NCBI GenBank assembly: GCA_043804515.1 | Contig: JAZDIZ010000010.1 | Span: 1 to 12,474, forward strand | Direction: 5' to 3' | DNA from: Pseudomonadota bacterium | GTDB lineage: Bacteria > Bdellovibrionota_G > JALEGL01 > DATDPG01 | Length of the DNA stretch: 12,474 bases | Shown here: positions 6,918 to 12,474 of the stretch, one piece after another | Layout of the letters: each line of letters starts with the position of its first letter | Position numbering within the stretch: the first letter of the stretch is position 1 | Program-made: the position numbers and the translations under genes | The notes under the pieces: generated by a model | Told to the model about the DNA's origin: nothing | Database searches by the model: none | Seen by the model: the letters and a program-made list of their open reading frames with translations, nothing else

Positions 6918-8498
6918 CTGGCACCGGCAGTCAGTGAATCTGTTCGGGACCTGGTCACCCAATACGAGAAACTTCAGACCGTAGTGAAGCTTCGCGCCAT
7001 GATCCGCCGGATGTGGCGCGTGGAAGTGGAATTCGCCGACGAGTCGGGGCGAATTCTGAGCCTCGAACGTAGAATTCGGGTCACAGGGCTCCAGTCTTTG
7101 TGCCACAACAGCCTTTTGGACGGAGAGGGGGGGCGCCAGTGCGACAAGGCCGCGCGTGACGTCGTCCTCAAAATCCGGCGCGGCGCCCAGACCGAAGCCG
7201 CGCTTTATGATGATTGCCACCTCGGCCTCAAATACTTGGGTGTCCCGGTCTGGAACGAAGGCCGGTTCATCGGCGCGATCCTTTCGGGGGGCTTTCTGAC
7301 CGAACCTCCCGACGAAAAGACGAAAACAACCCTGCTTGCAAAGAGCGCAGCGTTCCACGGCACGGCGCCGGCGGAACCGGCGTCGGCGCTTGCCGAAATC
7401 CCTCTCCTATCCGAGGCCCAGGTGCAGGCCCTCAAGGAAGTGATCCAATTCGGTTTGGACGAAGTCATGCGCTATCACACGGAAGCCGGCGTCCGAGCCG
7501 CGGCCTTCCGCCTTGTGCCCGATATCCGCGGAAGCCGCTTTGCGTCAGGCCTCATTGTCGGGCAGTCGATGGCGATGCAAAACCTGTTCGTGCTGATGGA
7601 AAAACTCAAGGACAGCAACTCCACCGTTCTGATCCAGGGCGAGAACGGAACAGGGAAGGAGCTGGTGGCTAAAGCGATCCACTTCAGCAGCCGCCGCAAG
7701 GATAAGCCGTTTTTAAGCCAGAACTGCTCAGCGCTGAACGACAACCTTTTGGACAGCGAGCTTTTCGGGCACGTCAGGGGTTCGTTTACGGGGGCCGTTC
7801 GGGACAAAAAGGGACTTTTTGAAACCGCCGACAGCGGGACATTCTTCATGGATGAAGTCGGCGTCATGTCCCCCGCTCTGCAGGTGAAACTCCTCCGCGT
7901 CCTGCAGGAGGGAATGTTCATCCCGGTCGGGGGGACCGAGCCCCGGTACGTGGACGTGAGAATCGTCGCGGCCACCAACCAGAACCTGAAGCAAATGGTT
8001 GATGAGAGCCGGTTCCGGGAGGATCTCTATTACCGGCTGAACGTGATCAATCTCGTGGTTCCGGCGCTCCGGGACCGGCGCGAGGACGTCCCGCTTCTTG
8101 TGGAGCACTTCCAGGAGAAATATTCCCGCCCGGAGGTTCCGCGAAAGATCTTCAGTCCGCAGGCGCTGGATGCCCTGATCGCGTACAACTGGCCCGGAAA
8201 CGTGAGGCAGCTGGAGAACGAGATCCAACGCGCGATGGTGCTCTCCGGCCGCAGCGCGGTGATCGAGCGGGACGTTCTGTCCCCCGCGGTTACGATGGCC
8301 GCGGCGGGTTCGTTTCAGGTCAAGTTTTCCGGAAAGCTCAGGGACGCCATGGAGCACGTGGAGCGTCAGATCCTCCTGGAAGGCCTCCGGCGGTACAGCT
8401 GGAACAAGTCGAGGCTGTCGAAAGAGCTCGGGATCAGCCGCGCCACGCTGATCTGGAAGATCCAGAAATACGGCCTCAGTCCGACCAACCGCACTTGA
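6918..8498 (+). CDS. sigma54-dependent transcriptional activator (bEBP): PocR sensor, AAA+ domain, Fis-type HTH
   Basis: N-terminal three-Cys PocR-like pattern (SLCH...RQCD...CHLGL..LGVPV...IG). Walker A GENGTGKE, SELFGHVRGSFTGA (GAFTGA variant), Walker B FFMDE, FREDLYYRLNV, WPGNVRQLEN and HTH NKSRLSKELGISRATL. Start uncertain: CTG 6918 (after AAGGGGG) or GTG 6984 as in the ORF track. Confidence 0.93.
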   Translation: MAPAVSESVRDLVTQYEKLQTVVKLRAMIRRMWRVEVEFADESGRILSLERRIRVTGLQSLCHNSLLDGEGGRQCDKAARDVVLKIRRGAQTEAALYDDCHLGLKYLGVPVWNEGRFIGAILSGGFLTEPPDEKTKTTLLAKSAAFHGTAPAEPASALAEIPLLSEAQVQALKEVIQFGLDEVMRYHTEAGVRAAAFRLVPDIRGSRFASGLIVGQSMAMQNLFVLMEKLKDSNSTVLIQGENGTGKELVAKAIHFSSRRKDKPFLSQNCSALNDNLLDSELFGHVRGSFTGAVRDKKGLFETADSGTFFMDEVGVMSPALQVKLLRVLQEGMFIPVGGTEPRYVDVRIVAATNQNLKQMVDESRFREDLYYRLNVINLVVPALRDRREDVPLLVEHFQEKYSRPEVPRKIFSPQALDALIAYNWPGNVRQLENEIQRAMVLSGRSAVIERDVLSPAVTMAAAGSFQVKFSGKLRDAMEHVERQILLEGLRRYSWNKSRLSKELGISRATLIWKIQKYGLSPTNRT

Positions 8499-8522
8499 CA
8501 GAGCCCGCCGAGGGTCTAAGAA
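8495..8522 (+). promoter_or_regulatory. Candidate sigma70 promoter for the degP-cvpA-NPP cluster
   Basis: Perfect TTGACA (8495-8500) overlapping the activator's stop codon, 16 nt, then TAAGAA (8517-8522). GAGGTG RBS at 8539-8544. Confidence 0.35.
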
Positions 8523-8549
8523 CACGCTGATTTTCTCCGAGGTGCACAG

Positions 8550-10046
8550 ATGAAGCGATCCGTTTTTTGGGCTGCCTTTTTGCTTTTAACCTCTCTGCCG
8601 GTGTTCGCCCAGGACGGCTTTTGGGTGGACGGGAAGGATCGGCCGGCGGAACGAGTGAATCTCGGGCTCAAGAGCCTGACGCCCGACGTGTTCACCAAAA
8701 TTTCCGAGAAGGTGGATGACGCTGTCGTGAATATCAGCACGACGAAGTTCGTCCGCCAACCGAGAGGATTAAGGGGCAGGCCCCCCGTGTCCCCCGGACC
8801 GTACAATGATCAGGATCAAAATCCTCTTCCCCCGTTCTTTGGGGATCCTTTCGGAAACGATTTTTTTGATTGGTTTTTCAACTCTCCCCGCCAGGAGATG
8901 CGCCAACAGAGCCTCGGTTCCGGCTTCATTCTCAACCCGGACGGCTACATCGTGACCAACAACCACATGGTGGAGCGCGCCGACGAGATCAAAGTCGTGC
9001 TCAAAGACGAGACCCAGCTGAATGCCAAGATCGTCGGCCGGGACCCGAAAACGGACATCGCGCTCCTGAAAGTGGATTCCAAGAAGCCCCTCGTACACGT
9101 GATCTTGGGCGACTCTTCACAGCTGAAGGTGGGCGATATCATTGTGGCGATCGGGAACCCTTTCGGCCTCTCGCACACGCTGACGCAGGGGATCGTGAGC
9201 GCGAAAGAGCGTTCCATCGGTTTCGGCAGTTACGACGCCTTCATCCAGACCGACGCGTCGATCAACCCCGGGAATTCCGGAGGGCCGCTCCTGAACCTAC
9301 AAGGGGAGGTCGTGGGAATCGCCACCGCGATCGTGGCGTCCGGGCAGGGGATCGGGTTCGCGATTCCGATCAATCTGGCCAAAGGAATACTCTTGAAACT
9401 CCACAGCGAAGGAAAGGTCGTTCGGGGGTGGTTGGGGGTCATGATCCAGAAGCTGACGGATGAAACGACAGCCGCCCTGAAACTTCCGTCGCGAAGCGGC
9501 GCTCTCGTGAGCAACGTCCAAAAAAACAGCCCGGCGGCAAAAGCGGGAATCCAGGCGGGTGACGTCATCGTGAAATTCAACGGCAAAGCCATATCGGAAT
9601 ATAACGATCTCCCGATGGAAGTGGCGAACACGCAGGTGGGAGCCAAAGTAGCCGTGGAAGTCATTCGGGACGGTCGGGCCAAGATCGTGGAGGCTCAGAT
9701 CCAGGAGCTGCAGGGCGAGGATGGAGGACCGGAGGGGACCGCGGAAACGGCTAAATCCGACGTTCTGGGCCTCAGCGTGCGGAATCTGGCCGAAGCGGAC
9801 AGCCGTACCCTCGGAATCAAGAGAGAGGATCTCAAAGGGGTCGTGGTAACCGGCCGCGACGAAGCCAGTGCCGCGGCGGAACACGGAATCCGTTCGGGAG
9901 ACGTGATTGTGGAGGTGGACCGCACGCCCACGCCGGATGTGAAGTCCTATCGCAACGCGATCGCGGGAAAGAAGAAAGGGGACTCGGTTCTGCTTCTGGT
10001 GAAACGGCATCCGGATGCCACCCTTTTTGTGGCATTTACGATCTGA
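8550..10046 (+). CDS. degP: Periplasmic Do/DegQ-family (HtrA) serine protease with two PDZ domains
   Basis: Signal peptide ending VFA-Q, SLGSGFI, catalytic His (TNNH), Asp (KTDIA) and Ser (QTDASINPGNSGGPL), RGWLGV into PDZ1, and a second PDZ (LGLSV...GDVIVEV). degP vs degQ cannot be resolved. Confidence 0.96.
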   Translation: MKRSVFWAAFLLLTSLPVFAQDGFWVDGKDRPAERVNLGLKSLTPDVFTKISEKVDDAVVNISTTKFVRQPRGLRGRPPVSPGPYNDQDQNPLPPFFGDPFGNDFFDWFFNSPRQEMRQQSLGSGFILNPDGYIVTNNHMVERADEIKVVLKDETQLNAKIVGRDPKTDIALLKVDSKKPLVHVILGDSSQLKVGDIIVAIGNPFGLSHTLTQGIVSAKERSIGFGSYDAFIQTDASINPGNSGGPLLNLQGEVVGIATAIVASGQGIGFAIPINLAKGILLKLHSEGKVVRGWLGVMIQKLTDETTAALKLPSRSGALVSNVQKNSPAAKAGIQAGDVIVKFNGKAISEYNDLPMEVANTQVGAKVAVEVIRDGRAKIVEAQIQELQGEDGGPEGTAETAKSDVLGLSVRNLAEADSRTLGIKREDLKGVVVTGRDEASAAAEHGIRSGDVIVEVDRTPTPDVKSYRNAIAGKKKGDSVLLLVKRHPDATLFVAFTI

Positions 10047-10069
10047 AAGGTTCGACGTAGGCTACACAA

Positions 10070-10798
10070 ATGCTTATCGACCAGATCATCCTTGCGTTGA
10101 TCGTCGTGGCCTTCATCTTCGGCATGATTCGGGGAGTGGTAAGCCAGATCATGGCGCTTCTGGGCCTTGTAGGCGCTTATTTCCTCGCGCCCGAATGGGG
10201 CAGGCAGTTCGGCCCGTTTGTGCAAGGCCAATTGGGCTGCTCACGCTTCATGGCGGAAAAGGCCTCGATCCTGATCATCGGCGTGACGCTCTATATCGTG
10301 GCGCGCTTGATCGGGTACGGGATCGAAAAGTTGGTGGTCAACCGCGTCAAGGCCTTCAAAAAATTGAACCGGATCGGGGGAGGGGTGCTGGGAATCGCCA
10401 AGTGCTCGGCCATGGTGGCGATCGCATTCTTCTTCCTGACGCTGGTGCCCATCGAGAAGGTGAAGGAATGGGCTCCACGCGTGGTTGAAAGTTACACGTA
10501 TCGGTTGGCCGCCGAGCACAATCCGATGGGACGCCAGGCCGTGATCGAACGGATGCGGACGTTCCGTTCCATTGTGCAGAGCCCGCTCAAGAGCAAGAAA
10601 CTGCGGGAAAATAAGGATGTGGAGCGACTGTTGGATCGACATGAGCTCAAGAACGTCCTCAACGACCCCCGCTTTATCCGCTCGCTCAACGAAGGGGACT
10701 TCGACCGGCTCCAGCAGAGCGAAGAAGTCGAGAAGCTCATGCGTGACGACGACCTGGCTCGTTTGCTGGATAACCTCGATAAGCCGAATTCCGGATGA
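10070..10798 (+). CDS. cvpA: CvpA (colicin V production) family membrane protein with soluble C-terminal extension
   Basis: N-terminal IDQIILALIVVAFIFGMIRG, four hydrophobic segments and LNRIGGGVLG (CvpA-type [D/N]R-x-x-G-x-x-x-G), followed by a charged helical tail. Confidence 0.8.
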   Translation: MLIDQIILALIVVAFIFGMIRGVVSQIMALLGLVGAYFLAPEWGRQFGPFVQGQLGCSRFMAEKASILIIGVTLYIVARLIGYGIEKLVVNRVKAFKKLNRIGGGVLGIAKCSAMVAIAFFFLTLVPIEKVKEWAPRVVESYTYRLAAEHNPMGRQAVIERMRTFRSIVQSPLKSKKLRENKDVERLLDRHELKNVLNDPRFIRSLNEGDFDRLQQSEEVEKLMRDDDLARLLDNLDKPNSG

Positions 10799-11976
10799 AA
10801 TCCGCCGCGGTTTTCGCGCTCGGCCTTCTCCTCCCGCTCGGACCCGGCTCGGCGCGGGCCCAAACCACAGTGCTCCTGAGCTTGGACGGCTTCGCGAACG
10901 GCTATCTCGCCGACCCGGGGCTCAAGACGATCAAGGCACTCCGGGATGAAGGCACGTCGGGCCCCCTCACGCCGCCATACCCTTCGCTCACGTTTCCGAG
11001 CCACACGACGATCGCCACAGGGTGTCCTGTGGCGAAGCACGGAATTGTGGCGAACAAATTCGTGGACAAGAAACGCGGTGAATTCGACTACCTTGAAACG
11101 CCGGATTGGAACGAGTGCGAGCCTCTTTGGGTGGCTGCGGAACGGCAGGGGGTGAGGACGGCCACCTTCGATTGGCCGGTCAGTTACGGTTCGTGGCACG
11201 GATCCCGCGCCACGTATCACCCCGCGGCCTTCGAACTGCGCAAAAGAAATCGCGAGATACTCGACGACCTGGTTGCTTCGCTCAGCCTGGATCGCGAGCA
11301 CCGCCCCCGGCTTCTGATGACCCGATTGGGGGCTATGGACGGGACGGGCCACCGCTACGGCCCCGCGAGCCCTCAGACAAAGAGGAGGGTTTTGGGAATC
11401 GATCGGGAGCTCGATCGGTTCAGAAGCCGGTTGGCACGGATTCCCGGCCTCGGCCCGGTGACTCTTTTTGTCGTGTCCGATCACGGGATGGCCGAGGTGA
11501 AAGAAGTTCTTTCGCTCTCACGGGCTTTTGCGGACAAGAAGATTCCGGGGATTGCGGCGGTGGAAGCTTCGATCTTTTATCTCTACCTCTGGGATCCGCT
11601 CGCGGCCCGAGAGGTGTTCGGCCGGTTAGGAGAAATAGCCGGCGCCCGGATTTTTCTCGCTTCGGATTGGCCTGCCGTGTTCGGCAAAGTAAATCCGCGC
11701 ATGGGCGATCTGATCGGCGTAACGGAGCCGCCCAGGATGTTTCGATGGCGCCAGGGGAGCGAGGAAGAACCCGACAAGGGCGCGCACGGCTACGATCCAG
11801 CTCTGCCGGAGATGAAGGGGATCTTCATCGCTTGGGGAGCCGGAATCGCGAAGGGCCGCAAGATCGAAGGGGCCGAGGCGATTCAGATGGCAGCGACAGT
11901 CAGCCGGAGTTTGAACATCCAACCGCCAAAAGATAACGAGGGAACCCCCCTCGACGCGATTTTCACCAGCGACTAG
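10795..11976 (+). CDS. Exported nucleotide pyrophosphatase/phosphodiesterase (NPP / type I phosphodiesterase, alkaline phosphatase superfamily)
   Basis: Signal peptide (ARA-Q), LLSLDGF, catalytic Thr in YPSLTFPSHTTIATG, and metal-ligand motifs DGTGH, VSDHGM and GAHGY. ATGA overlap with cvpA. Confidence 0.92.
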   Translation: MKSAAVFALGLLLPLGPGSARAQTTVLLSLDGFANGYLADPGLKTIKALRDEGTSGPLTPPYPSLTFPSHTTIATGCPVAKHGIVANKFVDKKRGEFDYLETPDWNECEPLWVAAERQGVRTATFDWPVSYGSWHGSRATYHPAAFELRKRNREILDDLVASLSLDREHRPRLLMTRLGAMDGTGHRYGPASPQTKRRVLGIDRELDRFRSRLARIPGLGPVTLFVVSDHGMAEVKEVLSLSRAFADKKIPGIAAVEASIFYLYLWDPLAAREVFGRLGEIAGARIFLASDWPAVFGKVNPRMGDLIGVTEPPRMFRWRQGSEEEPDKGAHGYDPALPEMKGIFIAWGAGIAKGRKIEGAEAIQMAATVSRSLNIQPPKDNEGTPLDAIFTSD

Positions 11977-12150
11977 CCGGTTTCAAGTTGGCCGCGGAAG
12001 ACACAAAACGTTTAAGGATTGATCCTTGGATTTCAGATCTAAGAGTTAGCAGGCTGCGGAAAAACTGGCATCGAAGTCCGCCGGCGGAGCGTCCCAAGCA
12101 GAGGAAGGGTTGTTTAGGGGGAGAACGAGGCGGCCCTGGCCCGGTCGGAG

Positions 12151-12474
12151 TCAGGGGCTACTCGAAAGCAATTCGGCCTCAGATTGAAACATCTTTCCTG
12201 CAAAATACTGATTGTGCATCCGGCATAAGTGCCTGATGTTCTCTTCATTAGATGAGCCACCCGACCAGTACGGATCCATATGGTCGAACTCAAGAAGGTA
12301 GCGGCTTTCGCATCGCCGTCCGCTCTTTGGATCGACATATTCACAGCGTCCTCTGGATCGATCCCGGACCATTCGTTTGGCGTCAGCTGCAATATACCGA
12401 GTCGGAGGCATGGCGTCGGTCGCGGAATCGGATTCCCTCTTCAACCTTACCGGTAAGGTTAAGGTCTTCTTCCT
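12151..12474 (-). CDS. HNH endonuclease, C-terminal part (5' end outside window)
   Basis: TRYIAADAKRMVRDRSRGRCEYVDPKSGRRCESRYLLEFDHMDPYWSGGSSNEENIRHLCRMHN is an HNH motif. The frame stays open upstream of the ORF-track TTG (RKKTLTLPVR) to the window edge, so 12444 is probably not the true start. Confidence 0.87.
   Translation of the reverse strand, partial: RKKTLTLPVRLKRESDSATDAMPPTRYIAADAKRMVRDRSRGRCEYVDPKSGRRCESRYLLEFDHMDPYWSGGSSNEENIRHLCRMHNQYFAGKMFQSEAELLSSSP
12443..12460. repeat. Perfect 18-bp palindrome inside the HNH coding sequence
   Basis: AACCTTACCGGTAAGGTT is its own reverse complement. A second dyad, GGAATC-G-GATTCC, is adjacent at 12424-12436. Confidence 0.9.

Larger units (their letters stand above)
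12046..12474 (-). mobile_element. Right copy (3' part only) of the HNH-carrying element, inverted relative to the left copy
   Basis: The reverse complement of 12046-12350 matches 1-305. On the minus strand it ends TTTTTCCGCAGCCTG|CTAA. The element continues beyond the window end. Confidence 0.7.

Noticed and set aside
6919..6933. TGGCAC as a sigma54 -24 element
   Set aside because: No TTGC/GC at the -12 position (reads TGGCAC-CGGCA-GTCA), and it probably lies within the activator's coding start.
12006..12027. Small dyads AAACGTTT and AAGGAT-TG-ATCCTT as a terminator after NPP
   Set aside because: Short AT-rich stems, a minimal loop and no U-tract. Not supportable as an intrinsic terminator.
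1..12474. CRISPR array, tRNA or rRNA genes
   Set aside because: No regularly spaced direct repeats, cloverleaf or rRNA signatures were seen on reading the sequence.

Overview
GC-rich bacterial window. The gene content resembles Deltaproteobacteria/Bdellovibrionota, but that is an impression only. The central ~11.7 kb is mostly housekeeping, envelope and signalling genes: transketolase coupled to a large GT-C-like (PTPS-related) membrane protein (-), a cyclophilin lipoprotein (+), two tandem PilZ-domain genes (-), a divergent PocR-sensor sigma54 activator (+), then DegP/DegQ protease, a CvpA-family protein and an NPP-family phosphodiesterase (+). The most striking feature is at the two edges. 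Both carry inverted copies of the same element (1-305 vs 12046-12350, 282/305 identical by manual count). Each is the 3' end of an HNH endonuclease gene followed by a ~100-nt non-coding tail that is more conserved than the gene. The tail ends in TTTTTCCGCAGCCTG next to a YTAA tetramer, which resembles an IS5/IS1182-type end. Both copies are cut by the window edges and no transposase is visible. A second notable feature is a long rod-like fold (5664-5826) plus a second hairpin (5830-5875) in the 446-bp gap between convergent genes, a candidate unannotated ncRNA.
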